Under the pieces are notes generated by a model. The model made no database searches. It was not told where the DNA came from and saw nothing but the letters and a program-made list of their open reading frames with translations. A stretch of 64,000 nt of DNA from Batkoa obscura (lineage: Eukaryota). This document shows positions 1-13,760 of the stretch, one piece after another. Position numbers and translations under genes: made by a program. How positions within the stretch are numbered: the stretch's first letter is position 1; each line of letters begins with the position of its first letter. The stretch covers positions 1,984,001 to 2,048,000 of the forward strand of contig JASVEC010000002.1 of the NCBI GenBank assembly GCA_030770535.1, given 5' to 3'.

Positions 1-1
1 T

Positions 2-289
2 GAGTTATTCCAAGAGTATAAAATTGCTTTATGTAGAAATTATCCAAAGGTACCAGCTTGTCTTTTGACTGCTGGTTTAGATCACATATCTTCAAGAAAT
101 GAAATGCTTCCCAGTCATCGTAACACTGTGATCTTTCAAATGTTAGTTGAAGCAAATGCAATTGCTCAATGTGACCCCTGTTCAATTGTAACTTGTTTAG
201 AATCCCCCTTTGGTATGCAAGCAAACTTTTACAACCGTTGCATGCATCTCAAAAGTGTGTATAGAGAATTGAAACATTATTATGTTTAA
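2..289 (+). CDS. 3' end of a gene truncated by the window edge; Cys-containing protein of unknown function
   Basis: Frame is open from base 2 (ELFQEYKIALCRNYPKVPACLL...) to TAA at 287-289. GC is coding-like and drops sharply after the stop. Confidence 0.6.
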   Translation, partial: ELFQEYKIALCRNYPKVPACLLTAGLDHISSRNEMLPSHRNTVIFQMLVEANAIAQCDPCSIVTCLESPFGMQANFYNRCMHLKSVYRELKHYYV

Positions 290-998
290 ATTAAGTGGCG
301 CTTATATATAGTCGTTACATTGTATTTTATATTTTTATAGCTTGAAGCTAGCTTTTACATATCCAGTTTGGTAATAACTAATTTTAGCTCAATAAATTTT
401 TTTGATCTTAATTTCTCCGTTTTTTGTAATTTGAAGGTTGTATTATCCCATAGAAATTAGCTTTGGCATTTGATTGGCTGCTATAAAGCGTGACTTGATT
501 ACCAAATAATAAGTATAGATTATCTCTGTTTTAGAAATGATGAGCAAATTGTGATTTTAAAAACACCTTGTTTGAATAAATTGTAATGTTAAAAATTATT
601 TTATAATTATGATACACAATGATTTTTAATAATGTTAATGGAATAATGATTTATTGTAAATGAATTAAAATATTAGTCATTACGATTTTTAAATTATACA
701 TTAGTGAAATTGAAATTATTAATTCTCATATTTTACTTTTAAAAAGAGTGATTTAATTATTTTCTAGGAATATTTAGTATCTATGTTGCTATTTAGGCTA
801 TATTATCATTGTTTATATTAGAACTTTAAATTAGTTTAGTTTATTTACTTTGCTTTCAAATTAATTGTTTAATACCTTATTTTATAAAATCGTTTTTAAT
901 ATTACTGGAAAAATATTCATTTAAAATAATCGACTCCTAAAAAACAAGAAAATAGATATTTAATATTAAAATACTTTTATAATATCAATAGACAAAAA

Positions 999-3321
999 TT
1001 AAGCAGATAAGGGATTGGGATGGAACTTCTCAAAAGCAAGTTTGCTTTTAGCAGATTCATCAACTTTAGCTAAAATCAAAGCAGTACGAGTAGGGAGGTA
1101 AGCTTGGAGATAATGATCTCTACCATGCCATGGTTCAGGGGTGGTAAAGAAGACAGAAGTATCATGTTGAATACGACCAAACCCACCAAAGTCTTTAGAA
1201 TCAGAATCCAAAAGGATTTGATATTTACCTGGATTATGGACTCCAACTCGATAATCAGTAAAGGATTTACTGTCATGGAAATTAAATATAAATAATAGAT
1301 TTGCTCTTTCAAATACAATCACACGATCGTCTTGATGCTTTAAGGATACATAGCCTTGAGGGGAAGATAGCCAACCATACTCTTTTTCAGTATTATTCAT
1401 AGCTGAATCAAAGGCATAGAGATATTTATAACGAAGTAATTGATCATCTGCCAAGTTAAACTGACGACGTGCATAATGGAAAGTTGAACCATTACCTTCT
1501 CTTGGGAAATCTAACCATTCTGGATGTCCAAACTCATTACCTTCAAAATTTAAATAACCTTCACCGCCTAATCCATGAGTAAGTAAACGAATCATTTTAT
1601 GGAGCGCTAAACCACGCTCAATAGTAGGAGTTAAAGCAGTAAGATCTGACATATTGGTATACATCTCTGCATCCATTAACCAAAAGGCAATAGTTTTATC
1701 TCCGACCAAGGCTTGATCATGAGACTCACAATAAGCAATTGTTTTTTCCAAATGACGACGATTTGTCAAAGTATGTACAATGTGACCAAAATCCCATTGA
1801 TCATCTTTAAGCTCTTTGAGGTATTTGATCCACATATCTGGAACAGCCATTCCAAGTCTGTAATCAAAGCCAACACCACCTTCAGAAGTTGGACGACAAA
1901 GACCTGGCATACCACTTACATCTTCAGCAATGGTAATGCAAGTTGGATATAGCTCATGTAAAATCTTGTTGGCCAACATAAGGTAAGTAACAGCCTCTTC
2001 ATCAACGCCTCTTAAGAAGTACTCATCATAGTGGCCAGAAAAGCCAACGCCAATACCGTGATGTGAATAAAGCATCGAAGTTACACCATCAAAACGGAAA
2101 CCATCCAAATGATATTCATCCATATAAAATCTCAAATTAGAAAGTAAAAATCGAAGGGTTTCATAACTCCCATAATTGAAAAGACGCGAGTTCCAAAGCT
2201 CATGTCTTCCTTTAGGCCCCTCATGGAAATAATGATGATCAGAACCGTCAAATTGATTAAGCCCATCCAAAACATTATTAGAAGCATGGGAATGAACCAT
2301 ATCTAATAACACTACTAATCCTAAGGAATGGGCTTTGTCTACAACGTATTTAAAATCAAGGGGAGTACCATATCTAGAAGAGGTGGCAAAGAATGAAGTG
2401 ACTTGATACCCAAAACTTGCGTAATAAGCATGTTCCATAATAGCCATCATTTGAACTGCGTTATATCCAAGCTTTGCAATGCGAGGTAAAATGTTGTCTG
2501 CAAATTCCCTATAAGTGCATACTTTACCTTCAGGTGAACTTATACCAACATGGGCTTCATAGATACGTAATGAACCATTTTGAGCCCCTTTTTTACGATT
2601 TTCAACTGTTGGATTCTTGTCGTGTTTCCAAACATATTCTTCAGCTGGGTTCCAGAACCTTGAATCATAAATTGGGCTTACATTTAAGTCTTGGGTTACA
2701 TAGCGAGACCAAGCTGGTAATCTGTCAATCATCTCACCATTTGGGGTTAAAAACGATACCTTAAAAATTAATTATTTATGTTAAATAGTCTTAGGAAATC
2801 ATCTTACTTTGACTTTAGAGTTGTGAGGGATTACAGGAGCACCAGATATGTTTGGGATTTCAATAGTAAATAAACCAAATTTATCTTTTTTCATGGGGTG
2901 AGCTTTACGATCCCAATTATTAAAGTCACCTATCAAGGAAGCTTGGATGGCATTTGGGGCCCATTCACGATATATAACTGAATTTTTAGTCACTTGAAAA
3001 CCATATCTTTCATAACTTTTGGTGAATTTGTCAATGCTTCCATCTCCAGATTTAAAATTATTAATCCATTCATCAACTTTGGAAATTCTATTTAAATGTT
3101 GTTTTAAAAATATGTTGTTTTATAATTGAATAATAGAGTTATAACAACAAAATATAGTTTAGTTACCTTGAATTAATTATGTCAGCATATGGCTTCAACC
3201 AGGGGTCCAACTTCACTAAGTCAGGTAAATTGATTTCTTCTTGGACAATTTGTTGCTTCAATTTGTCATTAGCTACCGGTTTATTATTTTTGGAGGTTAA
3301 ATTTTTATTTATAGACATCAT
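999..3321 (-). CDS. GLC3: 1,4-alpha-glucan branching enzyme (GH13), 3 exons
   Basis: DPWLKPY N-terminus, [40 protein letters not shown] and [14 protein letters not shown] motifs. GT-AG introns at ~3166-3088 and ~2807-2760. Confidence 0.97.
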
Positions 3322-4551
3322 AGCTAATAAATATTGAATTAAAATTTATTGTTTAAAGAGTATTGTTGTCGCTTTTATACTCTTTAGTTTTTTTCGAAAC
3401 AAATTACAAAAATTGATTACATTTTATAAGCGATATGATGTAACGTTCTTATCCCTAAATTTCCCTCCCTTATCTCTGGATTATATGATAAAAATTTTAG
3501 GATGATAGAATATAGAATAAATTTATATTACTAAAATGAGTGAACAATAAAATATTAAACGAATAATTTTTATACAAATTATAGATACGTTATTTAAATG
3601 CTTATAATATAAAGCAGCAGTTAAATCATACCTTGCTCAATTATTAAAAAAAAATTAATTGATTTAATTAAATTTGTTATCTATTTATTTTAATGATATA
3701 CTTTTAAATATAATATATTTTGTGCCATGCTTTTTAAAAAAAATAAAGATTATAAAAATTATAAATACATAAGATTTGTTATATAAAAGTTTTGATTGTA
3801 ATTAATCATTTTAAACTATACAATTTATGTATAGTTGTACTTTAAGTTGACATAACATTGGTATGAAGAATAGAGTTTATATAAACTGATTATAAGTAGA
3901 TAGCAATGTTAACGTTGATGTGCAAATCATAATAACAGTACATATTTTATTTATACATAATAAAAGGAGAGTTTTGGAGTGAAATTCAGTTCTATTAATT
4001 TAAACCATAAAGCTGTGGCCGGATGCCTCAGCTTAAAAATAGTGTTTAAATAATAAATTCACCTTTAATCCCATTTAGATGGATTAATTGTTCCATATAA
4101 GTAAACTACAATTCATCTTTTATGAATAAAATCACTGCTTGGAATAAATAATGATATTAAGCAAAGTATCATTATACTCTCTTTGTATATTACTTTGTTT
4201 ATTTGATACTTTACGATGTAATACTAGAAGCATTTAATTAATAAGGTTGTTATAATTTTTCAAACATTACAAACTTTAATCCAATTAAGTATATTCCAGT
4301 CTAAAATTTACCACATTTTGATTTAAAACTAAAAATTTCACGTCATTGCTCCTCAATTCAAGCTAATTTCCAAAACTTGAAATTTATTTTATTGCCAAAT
4401 TAATAAAATACCTGCGATTTGCTTTATAATACCCCAAATTAATATTTATTTAAAACTGGTTACTTTAATTTTAATCAGAACTAAAAGCCACTGCAAAAAA
4501 TTTATTACAAAACTTAATAAGAATAAAGTTAATCCTTTAGAAACTAATATT

Positions 4552-7500
4552 ATGTCCACAAAGGCTATGGAACCCCAACTTTCACCGTCTGAGGACAGTA
4601 TGGCTATTGATATAAGATCGTTAGATGAAAGCGTATCAGGTTATGTTCGCAAAATATTATCAGAGAAAGAAAGTTTAGCCGTTCAAAACTCACAACTTTG
4701 GAAGATCATTCAAAAACAAAGATTGATCATACAACAACTTCAAAAAACATTGGCTAAAAAAGAAGCGTTAGCTCCAACATTGGGTGAAGAGATCCCTGAG
4801 GAAGAGCTGTTTGAAGGAGAGTATAAAAATCTTAATACTTCATCTTCATTGAGAGAGTTCAAAGATTTAGAAAAAGAAAAGAATAAGGTTCCATCGTTAA
4901 CGAGAAACCTTGTTGCAAGCGTGGTACCAACAGAAACAATTGATAGTTCAACCACCACAAAACATAAAGTCAACAGATTAAGAAGTCAATCAGTTAACAA
5001 AGAACCAAGATTCCACAAAGAAAATTTTCAAAAACATTCACGTTCCAAAACGGTATTGAATTTTAATGATGACGGGGAAGGTATAAAATTTTATTATATT
5101 TTTATTTGTATTTTGATTTTTAGTTTGGATTAATTTTAGAAGTTCAAAATGTTGAGAATAAGGTAAAAACTCGAGATAAAGTTTTTTCAAGGCAAGGTAA
5201 ATGTTTTTTCTTTTAAAAAAATTGAAGTTTTGACTTTTATTAGTTAACCCCTCAGATGTCCCTTCGGAGCTTAAACAAAAGAAACAAAAAGATCCGATAA
5301 AGCCTTCACTTACTCCTTTTGAGGAAGAAAGTGAAAAGGATTTGTACGAAAGGAATTTAAACGAAAATCAAATAAGTTTCGATATAAAAGAGAGTAGTAA
5401 TAATGTAATTAATTTGGCACTGGAAAATGAAGAAATTGATTTTAAAGCACACAAAGACTTTAAAAAGTTAAATATAAGGAAAAAAAGAGACACAATAAAA
5501 GATACATTACTAGATTTCTATTTAGAGCCTGAAAGTGAAAATGCTTCTCCAACAGCCGATCAATTTCCAGATAACCCTATAGAAAATTTAACACTATCAA
5601 AGCAAGAACCAGTCACAAAAAAAGTAAGCTCTGCCTCTATTCGTTCTATGCCCGAACCTTCTGGTGGCAAAGTAATTGAAAAGTCTTTAACAAGGAAGAG
5701 TTCTTTACAAGTTGAATCCCAAAGTTATAAAACTATTGAAAGCGATTCTAATGATGTAAGCACAGGTACTTTCGAGGTAACCCAAATAGTGGACATCAAC
5801 GAGGAGAGTGCTCCAAAAGAGAGTAAGGTGATATTTAATACTGACAGTCAAATTACTTCAGTGGAAAATCTAAAATCATTGGATGGTATTGTTGCCCATG
5901 TTGTAAGCAGTTCCGTGAGCGTAAACTCCAAAGGGAGAGAAGTACTCTCCTTCAGGATTTTGGTGAATAAAGTAATGGAAAAAGATGATAACGATGTAGT
6001 AGCCAAATCTAGCTTAAAATCATCTAATCAACCTTTGATTCATTTATGGACAATTGAGAAGTTTTTCTCAGATTTTTTAGATTTGGACTCTAAGGTAGTA
6101 TATATAATATGCTGTATATTTGTAATATTTACACCATTTAGTTAAAAACATCTCCAAGCTATACCAAATCCAATGCAATCAAGCTCCCAGAAAAGAAGTC
6201 TCTGAATACTATTTCCCCTTCAAAAATTGACCAAAGAAAGGTAATTTGTAGTTTATAACAATACACTTTTTATCTAATATATGTTAGCTTGCACTTCAAA
6301 CTTACTTACAAAGTGCTATTGATAGTAACAGGCAATTGCCAAATTTTGTTAGCGATTTTATTAACTCGGGCCGAGTCGAAAATATTGAATCAAACAAAGT
6401 AATAATCTTATAGTTGTTCTCTTATAACTTATAATTCTTTTAGATTAAAGGTATGAAGGAAGGGTATTTGATTAAGCGAGGCAAAAACTTTGGAAAATGG
6501 AAGAGAAGATATTTTGTTCTCAAGTCTAGTATTCTTGAATACTTTGAATCGGTAAACTAATTTTGACTACTTTAGCATTTTAAATTAATATCTTCTGAAG
6601 AAAAATGGCCAAAGACTTGGATCAATAACATTACAACAAGCTCAAGTTGCTGTTCAGCATACATCAAGTTCCGAATATGAGCCTGATGCAACCACTTCTG
6701 ATGCATTTAGACATGCCTTTATGATCCTTGAACCTAAGAAAGCTTCTACTACAATGAATAGACATGTCTTATGTGCTGATAGTGACCAGGAAAGAGATGA
6801 ATGGGTTGAAGCTATATCTTTTTATCTTAAGAGAGATTTCAGTACCCAATCCGAGTCAGAGCTTTCACCTATATTAGACATATCTTCAAATAATAATGCC
6901 TCACTTTCTAGTCTCTCTGAAGCGGTTTCTCCTGAAGAGTCCAATGAAGGTTATTTTAACACAAATTTGTCTCCCACAGCTACTTCTATGGCTTCAGCTA
7001 CTGATCCATCACAGTCAAATTCAGTTGGTATTCCAAAAGACGCTCCAGAGCAATCCGCATTTAAGAACACCTCCACTTTGCCTACAGTTGCTAGTCCAAC
7101 TGAAAAATCTAAACCTAATGACTTAGTCATTCCATCAAAATCGAAAAACAGATCAAACTCTAAGGTTAAAACAGAAGCTATAGGGTCGATTGTATCTTCA
7201 ATTATACAGAAGAAAGATGAGAGAGATTCACCAGTTTCAAAAGAGAAAGGGTTTAAGCAGTTCTTTTGGAATAAAAAAATGTTTTCATCTGAAAACGTAA
7301 AGTCAAAAGCTCCACAATTACCAGTATTTGGAGTGCCATTATCACAAAGCGTATTAGCCTCTAAAGTTTCAGAAGGCTATGAACTCCCCTCGGTTGTTTA
7401 TCGTTGTATACAATACCTCGATGCTAAAGAAGCTCATAAAGAAGAGGGTATTTATCGACTTTCTGGAAGCTCAGCTACGATCAGAACATTAAAGACGAAG

Positions 7501-8737
7501 TTTGATACCGAAGGAGATTATCCACTTTTAGATTCAGGCGTTTACTATGATGTCCATGCCGTTGCTGGTTTACTTAAACTTTATCTCAGAGAACTTCCCT
7601 CTACCGTTTTAACTGCTGAACTCCACCGTGATTTCTTACAAATTACTGGTAATTACAATTAATATTTGTATTTAGAGAATTAAATAATTGTAATTTTTAG
7701 ATCTTCTTTCTAGAAAGGAAAGAGTGAGTGAGCTTGGGAGATTGATCTGTTCTCTTCCTATTGAAAATTATACTTTATTACGAGCCCTTATAGGACATTT
7801 GATGACTGTTATCCAAGATTCAGAAACTAACAAGATGAATATCCGTAATATTGCGATTGTATTTGCACCAACCTTAGGAATACCAGCTGGTGTTTTTAGT
7901 TTATTAATAGCTGAATTCAAATATGTATTTTTTGTCGATTCTGCAGGAAGTGCAGCACCGTTAGAAGTTTCTGAGGATGAAGAATTAACTGATATACCTT
8001 CAGACTCGATGACCACCAACACGTCCAATTTAGATTATGAATCTAAAAACTCTTCCACGATAGCCCTTCAAAAAGATACGAGTAAAGATAGTACTAACAT
8101 GGTAGGAATTCCAATAAACAATGTGCCTAGATTCCCTGAACATGATAGCTACGAAAACTCATCTAAAAAAAAATCGAATCACCGTAGAACAATGTCAGCT
8201 GATAATAATGCTGAAATGGCAAAGGTCTTATACCCTTCGCTTCAAAAGGATTCTACTGTGGACCATGATAAAGCAATGATGTCTGGGCCTAATCCATTAT
8301 TTTCAGAAACATCAGATGTACGACCAACATCAGCTTATAGTGATACTTCTTATTTAGCCCCTGCAGTTGCAAGATCACAAATCCGTATTGATACATCTAG
8401 GCGCGGATTTACATTTATGGCCCCATTAGAAATTGAAGAAACTCCAGAAACATCAGAAGATCGAAATAACAATCCAGAAGATTCACCAACTTTACCATCT
8501 GAGGAACCTTTCGTTGCGTTATCACCAACCATCAAACTTTTGAAAAAGAAACGCTCTAACAGAAACTCATTAATTTATAAATCTAGCGCACCGCCAGAAT
8601 TAGTTCGACTGGAAGAAAGACTTAGAGGTAATATTCAATTTTACTGATATTGTTTTTTATTTAATTATAGTTTTATAGAATCACCTCAAGTAGAAGACGA
8701 CTTGATTGAGGATGAAGCTCTCTCGAACGAAATATAA
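4552..8737 (+). CDS. PX-PH-RhoGAP protein (Bem3-like architecture), multi-exon
   Basis: N-terminal coiled coil. PX-like WTIEKFFSDFLDLDSK...KLPEKK...KIDQRK, PH KEGYLIKRGKNFGKWKRRYFVLK and HVLCADSDQERDEWVEAI, RhoGAP VFGVPL...EEGIYRLSGS...AVAGLLKLYLRELP...NKMNIRNIAIVFAPTL. Confidence 0.9.
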
Positions 8738-9165
8738 ACTGTAATTAGTGCTTAATTAATAATCCAAGTTGACTTTATTAAATGAAAATATTCAATGTAA
8801 GGAATGATATTTCATTAAATATTTAAAGTTTTAAATAGGATAGCAACTTAAAATTTCAACTATTTTTCTACTAATTAAATGATTTCTTTTTTCCCCTTAC
8901 GTATACTGTTCGCTAGGAACTATATCTATTTTATTTTTAAACCTTTGATCTATCACAGCTGGTCTAACTTAATTTACTTAAACAGCTAATAAAATATATC
9001 TATTTTTATTTTAATCTATCATAGCTAGTCTAATTTTAAAATTTTTTTAAACTAAATAATGTCAAGAAGTCATCAACTTTATTCTTTTAATTAAATCTAT
9101 CTATGATAAGTATGGGTTTATATTTGATTATATGTCAGTATTTGGATCTATCTTCTACCTAAAAC

Positions 9166-10664
9166 TTATTTCTTGTTCTTTCCTTTAAATTTGTTACCAC
9201 CGCTTTTTGGCTTAAAAGCTTCTTTTTTAGGTTTGATACCCAAGCGTTTATTCTTTTTAGCATCAATACGTTTTTGAAGATTTGCAGTACGTTTAGATTG
9301 TTTTGTTGCCTCATCATCTTTAACTTTAGTCTTACGATCACTCCTAATTTTGATTTAAGTAAGATTTAACAGTATGCTTAAATTTATTACCATTCTTTAC
9401 TACTTTTATTCTTAATTTGTTGTTGTCTCTTTATTGTTTTTTTAAGGAGCTTTGGATCGTCTTTGACTTTTTCTCCATTTGCTAATTGAAGTGCCTTTTT
9501 CCAATTGTTTTTTTCAATCAATGCACTGGCCTTTAATTATATTTTAGTTATGATATAATTCAAAATTTTTGACTACCTTTTCTTTATCCTCTTGCATAAC
9601 CTTTTCTATCTTGCTTTTCTCTGATTCAACCTAAATTGTTATTATTTTGTCCTCTGATATATACTAGTAATATTACTTTTTGGAGAAGGTTATGTGCTGT
9701 ACTCGGGCCTTTTTTCTTATATTGTACTCCTTCAAATTCAAATTTACTAAATGAAATAGGAGCGTTTTCTACAATAGAATCAGCGGACTTAATTGAACTC
9801 TAAATCAAAGTTAATGACCTCAATATTGATAAGAAAAATTACGTTTTTGAATAATTCAGCCTCATTAACTACAACCTAAACATAGTTTTAATCAACCCAT
9901 TTGATTCAATTAAATAACTTACTCTTTCAGGTACAATCGTGGTATTGATCTTTCTTTTTTTATCTTCTTTTTCCTTCTTCTTATCTTTAGTTTTTGATTC
10001 TCTTTTCTTTGCCACTTTTTTTGGATCCTCTGCTTTACGTTCTTGTCTCTTTGACTCGATCATCTTTTTTAATTGTTCCCGCAACTCCTCCTTTTTTTTT
10101 ATATCTACAACTGGTTTGTCAGTTACCTCTAAAAATTTATTTAGATATTATATACTGTCTGGAAACTATCCTTTACCTTCTTGTTCATTTTCGTTAAATT
10201 CGATTGCATCGTTATCTAGGTCCTCATCTTCATTATCTGACTCTTCTTTTTTCACATCAACTGTCTTTCTTTTTTTACTTTTAGCATTATCCTTGTTGTT
10301 TTTGTTTTTCTTCTCTTCTTTGGCCGCCTAAACTTTGAGTTAATATTGTTTTTGTCGAAGAATAGCTTAAAACCTTTTGAGCGTTAGAAGATTTATTGTT
10401 ATCTGGTTTAGAATTCTTGCTTTTTTGAGCAAGTTGCTTAGGAGCCTACCTTAATTAGCTTCAATCGAATTAATCATAAAAAAACTTACAGCAGCGGGTC
10501 CTCCAGAAGTTCCAAGCTTATAGATATTAGTTGGTATAGCTTCAATTAATCTGTCTATAATAATGGAATCATTTCCTAAGCGACTCTGAATGGGTTAAAG
10601 CCAAGTTCTAAATTTTAATAATCTTGTCACCTACTTCAATCTCCTTTAAAGAATATTGGGCCAT
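9166..10664 (-). CDS. RRP14: SURF6/Rrp14 nucleolar ribosome biogenesis protein, multi-exon
   Basis: Lys/Glu-rich protein. The spliced C-terminus reads WKKALQLANGEKVKDDPKLLKKTIKR...KSSKEWSDRK...KRTANLQKRID, typical of SURF6. Confidence 0.85.
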
Positions 10665-11071
10665 CTTATTTATTAATTACTGCAAATGTAAATAAATATA
10701 CAGTAATTTTGTTTGAATAAAAAGATAAAATTTTGTCTTCTAGAACTTTTGGTTTATTTGATTCTAAAGTTCACAAATCAAATTCCAAATTTTAATTGCT
10801 GTAAATAAAAAGTAAAAGCTACACTATCATAAAAGTGAATAATAGTAATAAACTATAAAACTAAAATCATTACTTTGTTGAACTAATAGTATAACTATAT
10901 TTCTTACTTACGCTAATGCAATATTAAAGGCTATTTTATTCCAACTTTTTCATGTTATTTATTATCAAAAGGTATATGTAGTTCATTATTTGCTCTCTTC
11001 AATTATAAAATTAAAGTCAAAATGATAATGATTTAATAGCAATATTTTATTTTGATTTTATGTTCATCAAG

Positions 11072-13539
11072 TTAAGATTCGTCATCTGAGACGTACAACT
11101 CTTTTAGAGTTTCTTTGACGCTAACTGTTTTTCTGACTATATTTGTACTTGTATTATCCGTTGAAACAGGGTATGCTGCTTCAGGTAAAGGGACGTCTTT
11201 AGCTAAAAATCCATCACGTGAAAACAAATCAACGAATTTGTCTTTATCAATAGAAATTACAGGAGTGACCTTTGAGGGACCTTTAAGAGAGGTATCCTTG
11301 GGATCGTCATTATGCTCAGAAGTCCAAGGTTTTTCAGGAATTATTGTGCTCTCTTTATGTAAAAGACCAGGCTGGCTATTCAACACAGTAGGTTTATGAT
11401 CGAGAGAAATGGATGGCCTTGGATCTATATCTCCTATAAATTCTTTGCTATCGAACATTGTCGCTATGAGGTCCTTATTAAGAGCTAATCTCTCATCTTG
11501 CTTGACCTCCTTTTTGGGTACTGGCTTAGCATTCTCCAAAACAGCTATATTTCCAAATGGATTAAATTCAGAGGCAAGGCTGTAAACTGGGAGGTTAGAA
11601 TTGTTATTTTGAACCGATGTATTTAAGCCAGGTTGTTGGCCTCTAAATAAATTACTAGCATTCCCAAGATTAGTGCCAATCCCGGAGATAGTTGATTGCG
11701 AGTTAAAAGCATTCTGTGCTGGTGCAATCTTTTGGCCAAAATTTGTAAGCCCAGTATTTTGTCCAAATATGCTAGTTCCAGTGCTTTGTCCAAGCACACC
11801 AGTTCCAGGAGTTTGCCCAAGTGTGCTAGTGCCCGTCTTCTGTCCAAACAGACCAGTCCCAGTATTTTGCCCAAGTACGCTAGTACCAGTATTTTGTCCA
11901 AGTATATTAGCGCCTGTTTTTTGCCCAAATCCACTGGCTGTGGTATTTTGTCCGAAGTTAAACCCAGAACTTGTTGAAGTTTGGCCTAAGTTGGTAGCTC
12001 CATTGTTTTGCCCAAAGTTAAGACCAGGGGTTGAAGTTTGACCAAGTGTGTTAGTTCCTAGATTTTGTCCAAAGCCTGTAGTTCCAGCACCTTTTCCAAG
12101 TAGAGTAGTTGCGGTATTTTGGCCGAATGAATTATTAATACCTGTATTTTGTCCAAGTGCACTAGCTCCAGTATTTTGACCAAATAAACCAGTTCCAGCA
12201 CTTTGACCAAGTACACTAGTCCCTGTCTTCTGCCCAAACCCATTGGTTGCAGTATTCTGTCCAAATCCACTGGTTGCAGTATTTTGCCCAAATCCACCAG
12301 CTGCACTACTTTGCCCAAATCCGCTAGTTGCAGTATTTTGCCCAAATCCAGTAGTTCCTGTCTTCTGCCCGAATCCACTGGTTACAGTATTCTGTCCAAA
12401 TCCACCAGCTGTATTACTTTGCCCAAATCCTCCTACTCCAGTATTCTGTCCAAAATTAAACCCAGAGCTTGATGTTTGACCAATGTTTTTAGCTGCAGTA
12501 TTTTGTCCAAAATTAAATCCAGTTGAAGTTTGACCTAAACCCCCAGTTCCAGCATTTTGTCCGAATGTGCTGCTGGTACCAATGGTTTGCCCAAAACCTG
12601 AAGTTCCAGTATTTTGTCCAAAATTAAATCCACTACCTGCTGAAGTTTGGGTTAGGCCTACACTTTGACTTCTATTGAATCCAGTCCCTGTTGCAGTTCC
12701 AGTTGAGGTGATAGCTTTATTATTTATTTGGTCACCACGGAAGATATATCCATTTTTGTAATCTACCATTCTTAACTCATCCACTGAATAGCCTTTAAAT
12801 TCAGGCATCAATTCGATCGAAAAATATTTTAATGCTTTCTCTTTTTCCTCACTAGGAATAATATCTATTGAATAATCATATAGTTTTGTTCCATTATTAG
12901 GGTAAGTTACTGATATTGTTAGTAACTGTATAATCAAAAATAAAAAATAAACTTACTATTTTTGTTTTTAAGTTCAGAAAATACACGTCCATTTATATAA
13001 TCTTGCATTCTCAATTCATCCTCCGAAAACTTGAGATATCTTTCTTGAAATATAATTGAAGAAAAGTACATTGTAGAGGCGATAGATAAATCATTGACTT
13101 TGAATTCTCTCGAAGAAGTGCTTTTGTGACCTTCCATCTCAGTTCCATAACCATTTCCATACCAATCTCCTGTTAAATTAGGGCACTTCGCATATTGAAC
13201 TAAATTGTTATTAGATATATATTTAAGAATTAAAGACAAAGTGTGTTATGTTGGTTTACATCAGTATTTTGATTGTAAACTATGAATCATGATAAATTAA
13301 TTTGAAAGTGTATAAAATGTTCTAACCTTGATTCTGATTTTGATTTTGACCTTGACCTAAAGGATTTGCACTTCCTAAATCTAATTTATGAGTAACAATT
13401 ATGCTATAATAATAAACTATTACTATTGAAACCAGAAGGCGTCCCAGAAAATCCTACTGATGCTTAAAATTGTTAATTTTACTCGATTTTATTAAAAAAG
13501 CTATTTACTTGATCCAAATCTGTTATTGTTAGTGAACAT
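11072..13539 (-). CDS. Nup98/Nup116-like FG-repeat protein with two GLEBS motifs and no C-terminal autoprotease domain
   Basis: Small 5' exons start MFTNNNRFGS. Two GLEBS-like motifs (FSEDELRMQDY, YSVDELRMVDY), many (F/L)GQ(N/K/T)T repeats, then YSLASEFNPFGN. Stop at 11072. Confidence 0.75.
11740..12650 (-). repeat. Coding tandem repeat, ~27-33 nt unit encoding xxGFGQNT
   Basis: Recurrent gtattttg(c/t)ccaaatcc unit on the + strand. Confidence 0.9.
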
Positions 13540-13665
13540 TAGAGAAATAAAAATTTGATTTTTGAGCGTAGCACTAAAAAAGTAATCATTTTGAGATTAA
13601 TCCAATTAAATTAACGTCTAAAACTTGATGAATTTTGCCAAATAGTTTAGTTAAAACTTTATAAT

Positions 13666-13760
13666 GGCAATGTTTTTTTGGCTTCATCACTTTTCCCATT
13701 TTTTAAGCACTATTTGAGTGGAAAGGTTATTAATAAAATTCTCAAAAAATACACATTCTC
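13666..13760 (-). mobile_element. ~98-bp MITE family A, degenerate copy
   Basis: Core cttcatcacttttcccattttttaagcactatttgagtggaaa matches the other copies; termini are decayed. Confidence 0.75.

Noticed and set aside
4010..4035. Small GC-rich hairpin as a Helitron 3' end
   Set aside because: No CTRR terminus at a convincing position and no second copy in the window.
8921..9036. ~40-bp imperfect direct duplication between RhoGAP and SURF6
   Set aside because: Short, AT-rich local duplication with no TIR, TSD or other copies seen.
11115..12479. Several overlapping antisense/alternate-frame ORFs with Cys-Pro repeats
   Set aside because: They are shadows of the FGQNT coding repeat on the opposite strand or frame.
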